Of a DNA stretch of 64,000 bases, positions 40,053 through 50,306 are shown one piece after another. Every line of letters starts with the position of its first letter. The stretch's first letter is position 1. The notes beneath the pieces were generated by a model. The model was not told the DNA's origin. It did no database searches and was given only the letters and a program-made list of their open reading frames with translations. Source of the stretch: a virus; IMG/VR virus record IMGVR_UViG_3300031251_000005, positions 1-64,000 of that record. The stretch is one strand, 5' to 3'. Made by a program: the position numbers and the translations under genes.

Positions 40053-43000
40053 TTAAGCACCATGTGGTACTCTAGGTTCCCAACAACCTGGTGTTGGTGG
40101 AGTACCAAAATATTGTCCATTAATATCAATATATCCATTACTTAATATTTCTCCAGCCCCAATAGCAGGGCTGTTTGGTGCTGGTCTAGGATCGCCATAT
40201 ACTGCCCCTGGAAACCATAGATTTAAGTCACTAGCAAGTACACCTGCCACTAATCCAGTGGAAGTGTGAGTAATATCTGTACTATTAACTTTTAATACAT
40301 TATTAATAACATTACTAAAACTAGTACCAGGTATAGTAGTTGTATTACCAAACCCTACTGTTATATTTCCTCTTACTAAATAGTTAGTAACATTACCAGC
40401 ATTTAATACAACTTTACTACCACCAAAGGCACCAGTAGCATCAATAGCAACATTATTAGCATATACAAAATTAGCAAAAGGATCGCCATTATAGGAATAA
40501 CTGTTATGTACCGCTGTTGCAGTTATGCCCATTGAAGGACCAATAGGTATTGAGCTTGGTGATACATTTCCAGTCCATATGTAAGTATTATGAATAATAA
40601 CCATATTTTGAGTTAAAGAACTAGTGATAGAACTAGTATCAAAGGTAGCTACAATACAGTCTATAAATAAGTTACCAACTGTTAATGAAATACCGGTACT
40701 ACAGTTATGTTGAATAGCTATACCACATTGCTCTATAATATTTCCATGATATATTGTATTCTGTGAACCTTGTTCACTATAGAAAGCAGAGCCATCGTTA
40801 GCATTACCACCAGTACCACATCTAGCTCTTAATACATAATTACCAAAACAGGTGTGTTTTGTACCAGCAGTACCTTGAATGTACAATAATGCACCACCAT
40901 TTGATGAACATAAATTACCATCAATAAGTATATTATTTTTAATCTCATAACTATATGTATTACCACCAGAAACTTTTTCATTGTCAATATGCACAGTATA
41001 AGTTGTGGTATTAGTAACATAGTTATTAAAGAACTCAAAACTACATTCAGCCGCTGGTGAACAATGATTAGTCAGATAAGTAGGTTGACACCAGTTAAAT
41101 GAACAATACTCAAATCGTAAACCAGTCATTGGTGTGCTAGTTGGTACAGATTCTACTACCCTACATTTTTCAAATTTAAGACCATGGAATATAACATTAG
41201 ATAACCCATTATTACTAGCCCTAAACATTGCAGTGGGCCCAAACACGCTAAAGTTTTGGTAAGTAGCAGACGGTGAGCTGGATGTAGATGAATGATAAAA
41301 TACAATATATGTGCTATCAAAAATAAAATCACCAAAATTTACAAGATCTGTATAATCATTACCAGCATTACCAGTACCATTAGTTTGGTTAACAGCTAAT
41401 ACTGCAGCTTTTGTAACACCACCAACATCATACGTAATATTTAATAACCAGATATCTGAGCCAGGATACCCGTTACCAACCCATGGTAGTCTCCATAATC
41501 CACCACCACTACTTCCATACGGTTGCCAATAAGACCAATCTGAATTAACCACTTTACCATAATAACGAATTATTGGTTGTGGGTTAGTTAAGTTAGTTAA
41601 ACGTCTAGGCATATATGGTTTGAAAACTATAGGTGCCCCAGTTGTACCTACCCAGTTGTTAGCATTATTACCAGTAAACCAAGTGCGCACAGGTGCACCA
41701 CTATTACCAGCATATGTTCCCCAAGCCTCTCCATAGTCATATACACCATCAGCTGCTATATAAATAGTATCACCAGGACTTAAAGTTTTTCCGCTTAGTT
41801 TATAAATACTCTGCCAAGGACCAGTGGTACTACCAGATGTTATAGTAGTAGGTGCTAAACCTGTATTACTATCATTACCAGCTACACTGTCAATGTAATA
41901 TGAAGTACCAGAATCAGTAGGAATACTAGTAGGTATATTAGGTATTACTCTTTGACCATCAGTTGCTAAAAGAGATCTATACTTAGAATGAATACCAAGT
42001 GTAGATGCTGCTAAATTACCTACAAATGTAGCTACCCCACTAGACACTGAATATCTAGTATTAATTACTTCATAAATACCATTAGGTAAACCATTAGTTA
42101 CATCAGTATTAAATGTGTATAAATTGGTATAGAAAGCTTTACCCATTAAGACGGTACCATTCCATGTGTATAGACCATTATTAACAGTACAATTATAAGT
42201 ACCATTTGGTAAATGAGCAGTAGCTACTGCTGTAGTTAAAGCTTGAAAGGTAGAAAATGTACCAGTTGCTGTTAAAGCAGTACCATCATAGGTAGCAGTT
42301 ACATTAACACTAGCATAAATTACAGTATATAGATTACTAGCTGTTTTAAAAGCACTAGCTAAGTTAGCAAATGAGCTAAAAGTAGTAGGTGCACCTGAAC
42401 CACCTGAACCGGGTGCACCAGTCCACCCGGTCCAACCAGTAGCACCAGTCCACCCGGTCCAACCAGTAGCACCCATAGGACCAGCAGTACCTTGAGCACC
42501 AGTAGGACCTGGAGCACCAGTAGCTCCTGGTACACCTTGAATACCTTGAGCACCTTGAGCACCAGTAGGACCAGTCCATCCAGTTCCTGAAGTACCACCA
42601 CCAGTGCCTAACTGTATTAAAGTAGTGCCATCATAAGTATATACTGCACCACTTACTCTATATGTTCCTGGGGGTAACACAGCTAAACCCTGAGCACCTG
42701 TTAATAGTGAATAAAGATTAAAATAACCATGTGCATCTAAGACACTACCATCAAATGAAACTTGTAATGCAAAACTACCCGCTGTATATACATGTGATAT
42801 ACCAATTGGTAATGTACCAGCTGTTTTAGCTGAGTATAAAGTTGATAAATTAGGGTATGCGTTTACAATAGATTTTGGTTGCCAGGTTACACCATCATAC
42901 TGAAATATGGATAGTGTATCCATTGTAATAGCTAACATACCTTTTCTTAATCTAAGAACAGGTATTGCTGATAATGCCGCTTGATTGACTACCTCTCGAT

Positions 43001-43109
43001 AGCCACCCACACCATATATTGCATCATGTGTAGCATATGGGTCTTGATCTGTAAAAGGTACAATCGGCCCTGGCAGATTAATACCTGATAATGGAATTGC
43101 TGTAGTCAT
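40053..43109 (-). CDS. Fibre / receptor-binding protein with collagen-like segment and right-handed beta-helix
   Basis: About 20 Gly-X-Y triplets; [14 protein letters not shown]...PWQSI...PGDTIYI beta-helix entry motif; C-terminal SPAIGAG...PTPGCWE. Confidence 0.75.
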   Translation of the reverse strand: MTTAIPLSGINLPGPIVPFTDQDPYATHDAIYGVGGYREVVNQAALSAIPVLRLRKGMLAITMDTLSIFQYDGVTWQPKSIVNAYPNLSTLYSAKTAGTLPIGISHVYTAGSFALQVSFDGSVLDAHGYFNLYSLLTGAQGLAVLPPGTYRVSGAVYTYDGTTLIQLGTGGGTSGTGWTGPTGAQGAQGIQGVPGATGAPGPTGAQGTAGPMGATGWTGWTGATGWTGWTGAPGSGGSGAPTTFSSFANLASAFKTASNLYTVIYASVNVTATYDGTALTATGTFSTFQALTTAVATAHLPNGTYNCTVNNGLYTWNGTVLMGKAFYTNLYTFNTDVTNGLPNGIYEVINTRYSVSSGVATFVGNLAASTLGIHSKYRSLLATDGQRVIPNIPTSIPTDSGTSYYIDSVAGNDSNTGLAPTTITSGSTTGPWQSIYKLSGKTLSPGDTIYIAADGVYDYGEAWGTYAGNSGAPVRTWFTGNNANNWVGTTGAPIVFKPYMPRRLTNLTNPQPIIRYYGKVVNSDWSYWQPYGSSGGGLWRLPWVGNGYPGSDIWLLNITYDVGGVTKAAVLAVNQTNGTGNAGNDYTDLVNFGDFIFDSTYIVFYHSSTSSSPSATYQNFSVFGPTAMFRASNNGLSNVIFHGLKFEKCRVVESVPTSTPMTGLRFEYCSFNWCQPTYLTNHCSPAAECSFEFFNNYVTNTTTYTVHIDNEKVSGGNTYSYEIKNNILIDGNLCSSNGGALLYIQGTAGTKHTCFGNYVLRARCGTGGNANDGSAFYSEQGSQNTIYHGNIIEQCGIAIQHNCSTGISLTVGNLFIDCIVATFDTSSITSSLTQNMVIIHNTYIWTGNVSPSSIPIGPSMGITATAVHNSYSYNGDPFANFVYANNVAIDATGAFGGSKVVLNAGNVTNYLVRGNITVGFGNTTTIPGTSFSNVINNVLKVNSTDITHTSTGLVAGVLASDLNLWFPGAVYGDPRPAPNSPAIGAGEILSNGYIDINGQYFGTPPTPGCWEPRVPHGA
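42415..42473 (-). repeat. 27-bp tandem repeat in the collagen segment (GATGWTGWT x2)
   Basis: gcaccagtccacccggtccaaccagta x2. Confidence 0.85.
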
Positions 43110-43118
43110 TTTATCTCC

Positions 43119-43673
43119 TTACAACCAATTAATAGTAATATCTTTTCCAGTTTCTAGATTATTAAATCTTAATACGTTATATATTACTGGGTTTTTATTT
43201 GAATCTGTGATAGTTAGAGTAGACAATGTATAATCATTAAATTGTAAAGTACCAGCCTCAGTAACTAAGGTTGGCATAGTAGGTAAACCAAAACTAGCTG
43301 GATATGCATAATAAGGATATTTACCACCAGCACAATTAAATATAGTAGTATTAACTAAACTAGTACTTAATAAATTACCAGATAGTTTTAATACCTGATC
43401 TGGCATTAAATATCGTAAAGGACTAGTGCCATAATAAACGGGTTTAGTATTACTATCTAGAACTAAAACTGGATGAATAGTATTAGCCTTTATTAATATC
43501 TTTTCTATGGTACTACCAGCAGTTACTATTGCTTCACTACTTAACCATTTTAATAAAGTTGGTTTTAATTTGGCATCTATTTTATTACTAGCTAAGGCTA
43601 ATTTAATTTGTTTAGCTTGATTACTAGTTAAACTACCATTTGCTGTTCTTTGTAAAGCTATTGAATCAGTCAT
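43119..43673 (-). CDS. Chimeric fibre-adaptor-like protein
   Basis: N-terminus similar to ORF 6840-7052; C-terminus similar to that of ORF 43692-44981 (GG.YPYYAYPASFGLPT...ITINW). Confidence 0.7.
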   Translation of the reverse strand: MTDSIALQRTANGSLTSNQAKQIKLALASNKIDAKLKPTLLKWLSSEAIVTAGSTIEKILIKANTIHPVLVLDSNTKPVYYGTSPLRYLMPDQVLKLSGNLLSTSLVNTTIFNCAGGKYPYYAYPASFGLPTMPTLVTEAGTLQFNDYTLSTLTITDSNKNPVIYNVLRFNNLETGKDITINWL

Positions 43674-43691
43674 TTTTATTATCCTTTTTTA

Positions 43692-44981
43692 TTACTGCCA
43701 GTTAATAGTAATAGCTGACCCAGTTTGTAAATTACTAAATCTAATTACATTATACAATTGAGTTACCTCAGCAGAATTAGTAATGTTAATAGTAGTAATT
43801 GTATAATCTGAGAATTTAAAATTACCAGCTGAAGTTGCTATAGTTGTATTAGTAGGTAACCCAAAACTAGCAGGATATGCATAATAAGGGTAAGTTCCAC
43901 CAGAACAATTATAAGTAACTGTTTTTGCAAAAGAACCAGACAAAGCAGTATTACCTAAGGCTTTAATTTGTAAAGCTGTTAATGAAGCTGCATTACTAAT
44001 ACCCCAATATAATGAAGAGGTAAACAATACAGTAACACTTTGTGAAGTAGTGTGAGTGCCATCACTAGCAGTTAAAGTATAAATAGTATTAGCTGTTAAA
44101 TTAGCATTACTAACCGTATATGAACCTAATGACGGGTCTATAGCACCAATACCATTATTTAAACTCAAAGAGGTAAATGCTGAGTTAGGATTCCAAGTAA
44201 GGGTTACAGAAGGAACTGTAGTGCCTATTTGTACATTAGTTACTGAACTAGCAAAGTTAGAAATCTTTAATGTATTAGCTGAATTACTCAACATTAATAC
44301 ACCATTAACAATAGCAAAGTCTGGACCTAGAGTATTAAATAAAGTACTAGAATTACTAAATTGATTAGCTAACTTATTTACATCTTTTCTTAGATTAGCT
44401 ATTAAAGCCAATACTTTATCTATTCTATCTGATAAATAAGCTCCAGATAATACAGGTACTCTAGTGCTAACTAAAGCTAAGTATATTTTATTCATAGCTA
44501 TTTGCAAAGCATTTAACCCTGTCAAATCAGTTAGAATATTGTGCGTGTGAGGACCTGTGGGATATACCTGTGGTTTATTTAATACTTCACTCCAAGTAAC
44601 TGGAGCCCCACCTAAAGTAGCAATAGCTGCTCGTAACTGAGTGGTTAAAGAAGAGTTCTCCCCTTCAGCTCCACCAACTGCTTGATAAGTTAAAGAGACA
44701 TTACCATTAATTGATTGATTCAGAATTTTAATAGCACCTGCTACTTCAAAACCAGTTAATGCTGTGATATCTGAATCTAATGATAGGAATACATAATCTA
44801 TTCCTAATGTTAAAAATTGTTGAGTTATTAAACCCTGAATTACTACAGACTTAGTATAAAATAACCCATATTCTGGTACTACAACTGAACCAATCGTGGC
44901 TGACAGTGTATGTACCTCATCTGGAATTAAATTATTAGGACTGACAGCAGTAGGGTCAAAAGCATGTGTATACACTGCCAT
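43692..44981 (-). CDS. Tail fibre / adaptor protein (phiKZ gp131-family N-terminal anchor)
   Basis: AFDPT..PNNLI.DEVH, GLFYT, YQAVGG and W.EV.NKP..YP..PHTH motifs. Confidence 0.75.
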   Translation of the reverse strand: MAVYTHAFDPTAVSPNNLIPDEVHTLSATIGSVVVPEYGLFYTKSVVIQGLITQQFLTLGIDYVFLSLDSDITALTGFEVAGAIKILNQSINGNVSLTYQAVGGAEGENSSLTTQLRAAIATLGGAPVTWSEVLNKPQVYPTGPHTHNILTDLTGLNALQIAMNKIYLALVSTRVPVLSGAYLSDRIDKVLALIANLRKDVNKLANQFSNSSTLFNTLGPDFAIVNGVLMLSNSANTLKISNFASSVTNVQIGTTVPSVTLTWNPNSAFTSLSLNNGIGAIDPSLGSYTVSNANLTANTIYTLTASDGTHTTSQSVTVLFTSSLYWGISNAASLTALQIKALGNTALSGSFAKTVTYNCSGGTYPYYAYPASFGLPTNTTIATSAGNFKFSDYTITTINITNSAEVTQLYNVIRFSNLQTGSAITINWQ

Positions 44982-45009
44982 TAATTTTCTCCCTATTTAT
45001 AGGCAAATA

Positions 45010-45039
45010 AGCAATTAGCCTTAATTAAGGCTAATTGCT
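45010..45039. terminator. Perfect 30-bp palindrome
   Basis: agcaattagccttaa|ttaaggctaattgct. Confidence 0.75.
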
Positions 45040-45064
45040 ATTTATTATTTTTTTGAAATAGTAT

Positions 45065-45448
45065 TTATGGCAAAGTAATAGGTATATTATTATTAGTCGC
45101 AGATGTTTTAATTTTTATTAAAGCTTCAGGATCTAATAAACCTTTTGTTACTGCATCCTCAATTAAAGCTGCTGCATCTACAAATTCACCTAATTCAATT
45201 GTACTAAAGAAAATAGGATATTCTTTAGCTAAATTATTAGAATTAACTATACCACCTATAGCTGCTTTAATATCTTGAATAAATGCAGTTATATTTGGGG
45301 TAGTAGATGGTGGTAATATTGCAGCAAGAGTAGCTGCTTCTTCATCTGTAATTTCTACTGAGCCGGATGGAAGTAAAGCCTCTCCACCGTTACTAATATC
45401 TTCATCAGATAAATAATGTACTACGTTATTTGTATCTTTATAATGCAT
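45065..45448 (-). CDS. Putative tail fibre assembly chaperone
   Basis: MHYKD.NN.VH...LLP.G.VEITDEEA pattern; lies immediately after a fibre gene. Confidence 0.55.
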   Translation of the reverse strand: MHYKDTNNVVHYLSDEDISNGGEALLPSGSVEITDEEAATLAAILPPSTTPNITAFIQDIKAAIGGIVNSNNLAKEYPIFFSTIELGEFVDAAALIEDAVTKGLLDPEALIKIKTSATNNNIPITLP

Positions 45449-45450
45449 TT

Positions 45451-47922
45451 TTAATTCCTCAACTCAGACCAGGTATTTACACCAGTAGTATTATTCATAT
45501 TAACTAAATACGATTTGCCATTTGGTACTGCAAAAGTTATAGATGCTGTGCTGAATGCAACTGAAGATAATGAACCTACATTTGTATATCCATCTACAGC
45601 TGCAGAAATACTACCACCAGCAGCCCCGTTATTTGCTGATACTGTTACTAATATATCTTGCCCAGTGGTATTATAATAGGTAGTATTAAGTGCTCTTATT
45701 AAAGTACCACCGGTACCAATATGTTGTAAAGTCCTACCAGAGGTAACATTAGCGATGTTAGTAATATCTTGACCACCAATAGGCTGTACTAAAGTGGGGC
45801 TACTATCCCAAGTACCAGCTGTTGTTTCTGCAATATCAAAATAACCAACTACACGATATTGTGAGTTAGCAACTACTGCTGCTTGTGAATAAACAACATT
45901 AGCTGATGTAGCAGCAGTAGAAATAATAGTAGGGGCAGTAGTTAATAAATTAGATTCATCTAATTTTAAACCACCACTAGCATTAGCAACACACAATACT
46001 GGTGAACCAGCATTATAAGCAATCAATACAATAAATCTATTAGAAGCTACTACACTACTATTTTGAGTACCTAGTGTTGCAGTAGATGGTATTACCAGAG
46101 GTGTTACATTTACAGATACATTAGGAATAGTAGAACCATCAGTAAGGGTACTTGATCTAAAATCTAACACTGTAGATGGCACTGAAATAGTTAAAGTATG
46201 TGTAGAACTATTCGCTGTTACAGATAGAGCAGTTAACTGACTAGATGGGGTAATAATACCATGACCAGGATTTTGTAAAACCCATTTATTAAGTGTACCA
46301 TCCCATTGTAACAATAATCTATGACCAGGTCCTGTAATATCCCCTAGTGCTAATGGTAAATTAGCACCTTTAACAATTGTGTGAGCTGTAGTAGCATTAG
46401 CAGCGAATGTAGGGGTAGTAGTAGTGTTTACTGCGCCTGCTCTAACAGCTAATAACATCCCATCATATAAGGTAGTAATTGCTGGTGTAAAGGTTGCAGT
46501 AATTGCATCTGAAGTACCACCAGCTGGTGCTGTAACAAGACTACCAGATTGTATTACAGAGTTAGTAGCATACCCAGTTAAAATGTTATTTAAACTAAGA
46601 GTATTAGTGTAATTACTTAATGCAGTAGCTAAAGCTGTATTTGTTATATAAGTATTTAAATAACTAGTTACCCAACTATACACAGAGGCTATAGTAGGAT
46701 AATGTGTATCACTAGGTGATCCACTATTATAATCTGCAGAATATGTTGCTGAGGTTACTTTATTACTCACATTCTCAGAAGTATAGTTAAGTGCAGATGG
46801 TATAACAAGCCAGTTTGTAGCTGTTTGACCAGGGGCATCGATAAGTGCTCTAATAACCGTACCAACTGGTTCTGTAACACTATTTAAAGTACCCGCTACT
46901 GTAAGAGTCCACATATCCCCCTTTTTAACAGTTCCAGTGGTACCACTACCACCTGTAACTGGAAAGAGATTAGTAGAAGCATTATATCCACCACGATCAT
47001 TAACCGTGTTAAGTCCAGCAGCATCAGTATAGGCTTTAGCAGCGTTGAGAGCAGCAGTAGCAGCAGCATTTGCTGCACCAGCTGCATCAAACGCACTAGC
47101 TGATTGAGAAGATGCTGTACCTAAACTTAAGCCAGAAATAGCATTAGTTAAAGCTGTTGGTGTAACATAATCTGTATTAGCTACCGCCGCTGAGAATGCC
47201 CCTGAACCATTGCCTTTAATAATACCAGAAATAGTATTAAAACTACCTACTGCATTATTTAACTGTGCGGTAACCCAAGTGGTAGTAGCAAAACTACCAG
47301 ATAAAATACCACTATTACTTAATGTAGTATTCCATGAATTAACTTGTGTTTTAAGAGTAGCAATATCTGTTTGTGCATTAGCAAAAGAACTATTAATAAA
47401 GGTAAGATACGTTGATGGAGTACCTAATGAATCTGCTATAGCTTGTAATTTATTTGTAAATAAATTAGTTACATTAGTATTATTTAGATCTAAATTTAAA
47501 GTTGGATTGTTTAATACTGCAGCATCACCAGTAAATAATAACCAATTATCAATCAAGGTTCTATCAAACACACCAGCTGCTGTAATTTCTGCAGCTAGAA
47601 TTGGATCATTACCACCACCTACTGCATGGTAAGTTAAAGTAATGTTACTCCAGTTTGTATAATTAGTTAATAAGATATAACTATATACTTCTTTACCGGT
47701 TTGTCCTGATCTTACAGAAAACAAAGGAGAATAAATAAAATCTGCATATTCAGTTAACTGTATTGGGGAACCACCAGAAACTGGTGATCCATATACAGTC
47801 AATCCTGAAGTATAAAATGGGCCTTGTGTAGGTACTATATCTGGTTCTGTAATGGAGTTAATTACTTCATTAGTTATCAGATTTGCCACAAGAACACCAG
47901 TGGGGTCAAATGCTACTGTCAT
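45451..47922 (-). CDS. Tail fibre protein (gp131-family anchor, mosaic C-terminus)
   Basis: AFDPTG...NLITNE, GPFYT and YHAVGG motifs; Thr/Ala/Gly-rich shaft; terminal RALNTTYYNTTG...VPNGKSY...WSELR domain. Confidence 0.8.
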   Translation of the reverse strand: MTVAFDPTGVLVANLITNEVINSITEPDIVPTQGPFYTSGLTVYGSPVSGGSPIQLTEYADFIYSPLFSVRSGQTGKEVYSYILLTNYTNWSNITLTYHAVGGGNDPILAAEITAAGVFDRTLIDNWLLFTGDAAVLNNPTLNLDLNNTNVTNLFTNKLQAIADSLGTPSTYLTFINSSFANAQTDIATLKTQVNSWNTTLSNSGILSGSFATTTWVTAQLNNAVGSFNTISGIIKGNGSGAFSAAVANTDYVTPTALTNAISGLSLGTASSQSASAFDAAGAANAAATAALNAAKAYTDAAGLNTVNDRGGYNASTNLFPVTGGSGTTGTVKKGDMWTLTVAGTLNSVTEPVGTVIRALIDAPGQTATNWLVIPSALNYTSENVSNKVTSATYSADYNSGSPSDTHYPTIASVYSWVTSYLNTYITNTALATALSNYTNTLSLNNILTGYATNSVIQSGSLVTAPAGGTSDAITATFTPAITTLYDGMLLAVRAGAVNTTTTPTFAANATTAHTIVKGANLPLALGDITGPGHRLLLQWDGTLNKWVLQNPGHGIITPSSQLTALSVTANSSTHTLTISVPSTVLDFRSSTLTDGSTIPNVSVNVTPLVIPSTATLGTQNSSVVASNRFIVLIAYNAGSPVLCVANASGGLKLDESNLLTTAPTIISTAATSANVVYSQAAVVANSQYRVVGYFDIAETTAGTWDSSPTLVQPIGGQDITNIANVTSGRTLQHIGTGGTLIRALNTTYYNTTGQDILVTVSANNGAAGGSISAAVDGYTNVGSLSSVAFSTASITFAVPNGKSYLVNMNNTTGVNTWSELRN

Positions 47923-47923
47923 A

Positions 47924-48907
47924 TTAGAATCCTATTGCGAAGTATGTAATTAAGCGATTATTAATTAGATTTGTAGTATCATAGGTAACAGCTACATCTA
48001 CACCACTTTTAGTAGGTATTTTGTTTTTTACTCTGTCATTACTAATACCAATTGAATTATCTGCAAAATAAATGCTAGGTATAAAAAATAAGCACTGATT
48101 GCCAAATGGTGGATCAACAAAATTAATATGACTAGGAGCATTACCATATGCAAACTGTATTGAACCAACTTTAATAGTTAATCCTTTAAAAATTGTAAAG
48201 CTATAATGCTGTAAATCAGGTGGTATTGTTTTTGCTTGATTTTCAGGTTTTAATGCTGCTATAAAATTAGTAATCATACTAGCCATTGTATTGTTATTAT
48301 CATTAACCGAGTTCATTAAACTCATAAATGGTTCTACAATAGTATTTAAATAGACTTGTGAGTAATCCTGAATATCATCTACATGTACACCACGAGCCGG
48401 TGATTGTAGTGCATTAGCTATATTATCTAATCCCTGATAGATTTGATTCATACCAGAAAATTGACTCAACGCTTCAGTATGTGGTGTAGGAGGAAATACT
48501 GTAGGTGCAGTACTCCAGTCTACATTTACATACTGAGCTGCTAATGCAATAAGACCATCTGTAATAGCTAGACTAGGTGCAGTAACATAATCACCACCTA
48601 TAGTTTGATAATTTACTTTATATACCCCAACTACCCAATTAGGTATTAGAGTAATAGTACCATAAATTTCTTTACCTACAGAATCACTGGCTTGTGCCCA
48701 GTGATGAGTTAGATAATAATCAACACCTTCAGTTAAAGTATTACCAGATGCATCAACTATATATAAACTATCACCATAAAATGGCGCTGCTTCTGGCACT
48801 ATTAGAAAAGCCTGCTGTCCAATACCAGCAGTAACACTGTGTGCTTCATTAATTATTTTATTTAACGGGTTAATTCCCGTACTATCAAAAGCTGGAATTG
48901 ATGGCAT
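47924..48907 (-). CDS. Tail-associated protein (gp130/gp131 family)
   Basis: FDSTG.NP.NKI.NE.H, APFYG, YQTIGG and FPPTPH motifs. Confidence 0.7.
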   Translation of the reverse strand: MPSIPAFDSTGINPLNKIINEAHSVTAGIGQQAFLIVPEAAPFYGDSLYIVDASGNTLTEGVDYYLTHHWAQASDSVGKEIYGTITLIPNWVVGVYKVNYQTIGGDYVTAPSLAITDGLIALAAQYVNVDWSTAPTVFPPTPHTEALSQFSGMNQIYQGLDNIANALQSPARGVHVDDIQDYSQVYLNTIVEPFMSLMNSVNDNNNTMASMITNFIAALKPENQAKTIPPDLQHYSFTIFKGLTIKVGSIQFAYGNAPSHINFVDPPFGNQCLFFIPSIYFADNSIGISNDRVKNKIPTKSGVDVAVTYDTTNLINNRLITYFAIGF

Positions 48908-49044
48908 GTTAATCCTCGTTTTTAAATAGGGATAAATCCTATTTTCATATGATTAAGCTTCTATGAAGTGTGATTCATACATTATTATAATAATGCAGCA
49001 AATGATATGACTACCAAAAAGCTACTATTTATCTAGGAGACCAT

Positions 49045-50253
49045 ATGTATAATATAAATGAAGTATTGGTTAGAAAGAATAGATCATGGTCTACTATTGA
49101 CTTTTCTACTATTACTGTACAGCAATTAATTAGTGACTATAATTTAGTATTGATTAAAATATCACCAAGTGATTCTACTTTATTACTTCAATATAATTTA
49201 ATTGAGTTTCCAGGTATCTATTTAGTTGATAACCTTACTACTATATCTAATTTTATTAGTAGTTTTAATGGGGAATTACCAGATGCTATTTATCCACAAA
49301 AAAGTTTATCTACCGCTAAGTATATAACTTATAGCGATTTATTTGGTTTTGGTTTAGATGCAAATAGAGTAGCATATTCTTCTTCTGTTTTAAATTACAA
49401 TGTAAATTATTTACCAGATATTTGTATATCTAAACCTGATTCATATCCAAATGAAATATCTACTCTACATAATAAAGTATTATATACTGTAAATGGTAAG
49501 ATTGTGTTTGAAGTTATTGAGAATGAGAAAGCTTATTTAGTAAAAGGAGCTAATATTTTAGATAGGTATAAGTCACAACATTTAGGAATTATAGATTTCT
49601 CAGCTTTAGGTGGTTTTACTAAAACTATATTGGATACTACTCATGTAAGTATCTTTTCAGCAGATGATAGAAAAGCAATAATGTATATTACTTTACCTGA
49701 ACCTATGGCTGGTAAAACACCTTTATTAGTAGTAAATGGTAATCTAAGAATTATGGAAGATATATATACAGTTATCAATAGTACACAGATTGCAATTAAA
49801 TTAGATTATTTACAAATGTTAAATGATGTATCTGGAATGAAAGCTTCTGATGTAAATTGGGTATCTGCTGTTAACGGTAATGATGATGGGTTTAATTTAG
49901 CTACTGTAAATCCAACTGCTTATTTAACTAGTGGCACTTCAGCTGTAATATTAGTAGATACTACAGAATTAAGTATGGATAAAATAAATCTATTGCCAAC
50001 TGGATTTGCAGAGAGATATGTTTCATCAGAAATTCCTACTGGAATTATGTTTCTACAAGATGGTACTATTGGAGATTATAATACAACTGCTATTACTTAT
50101 TATGGTAATGAAATATCTACTAGTAAACCTAAGTCTATAAATATGTTAAAAGATACAATACCATCAAATAAAGTAGTAGGTGTTAATAATGCTAATTTAA
50201 CTTTTGATAGTACTTTATCTTCAGCAGTTATAGTAGATTTATATATTCTATAA
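49045..50253 (+). CDS. Virion structural protein (phiKZ gp139-like)
   Basis: LYTVNG, GIIDFSALG and LLVVNG motifs; TAGGAG RBS. Confidence 0.6.
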   Translation: MYNINEVLVRKNRSWSTIDFSTITVQQLISDYNLVLIKISPSDSTLLLQYNLIEFPGIYLVDNLTTISNFISSFNGELPDAIYPQKSLSTAKYITYSDLFGFGLDANRVAYSSSVLNYNVNYLPDICISKPDSYPNEISTLHNKVLYTVNGKIVFEVIENEKAYLVKGANILDRYKSQHLGIIDFSALGGFTKTILDTTHVSIFSADDRKAIMYITLPEPMAGKTPLLVVNGNLRIMEDIYTVINSTQIAIKLDYLQMLNDVSGMKASDVNWVSAVNGNDDGFNLATVNPTAYLTSGTSAVILVDTTELSMDKINLLPTGFAERYVSSEIPTGIMFLQDGTIGDYNTTAITYYGNEISTSKPKSINMLKDTIPSNKVVGVNNANLTFDSTLSSAVIVDLYIL

Positions 50254-50306
50254 TTATATACTAAACAGTGATATTCTATGACTCATAAATCGTAGGAATA
50301 TATTCC

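Noticed and set aside
42359-42601. Alternative-frame ORFs in the collagen region
   Set aside because: By-products of the GGT-NNN-NNN periodicity; no RBS or signal for frameshifting seen.
8580-50281. TATGA late-promoter motifs before structural genes (8580, 12114, 13375, 28315, 49006, 50277)
   Set aside because: Consistent with the phiKZ late TATG motif but too short to call in such AT-rich DNA without TSS data.
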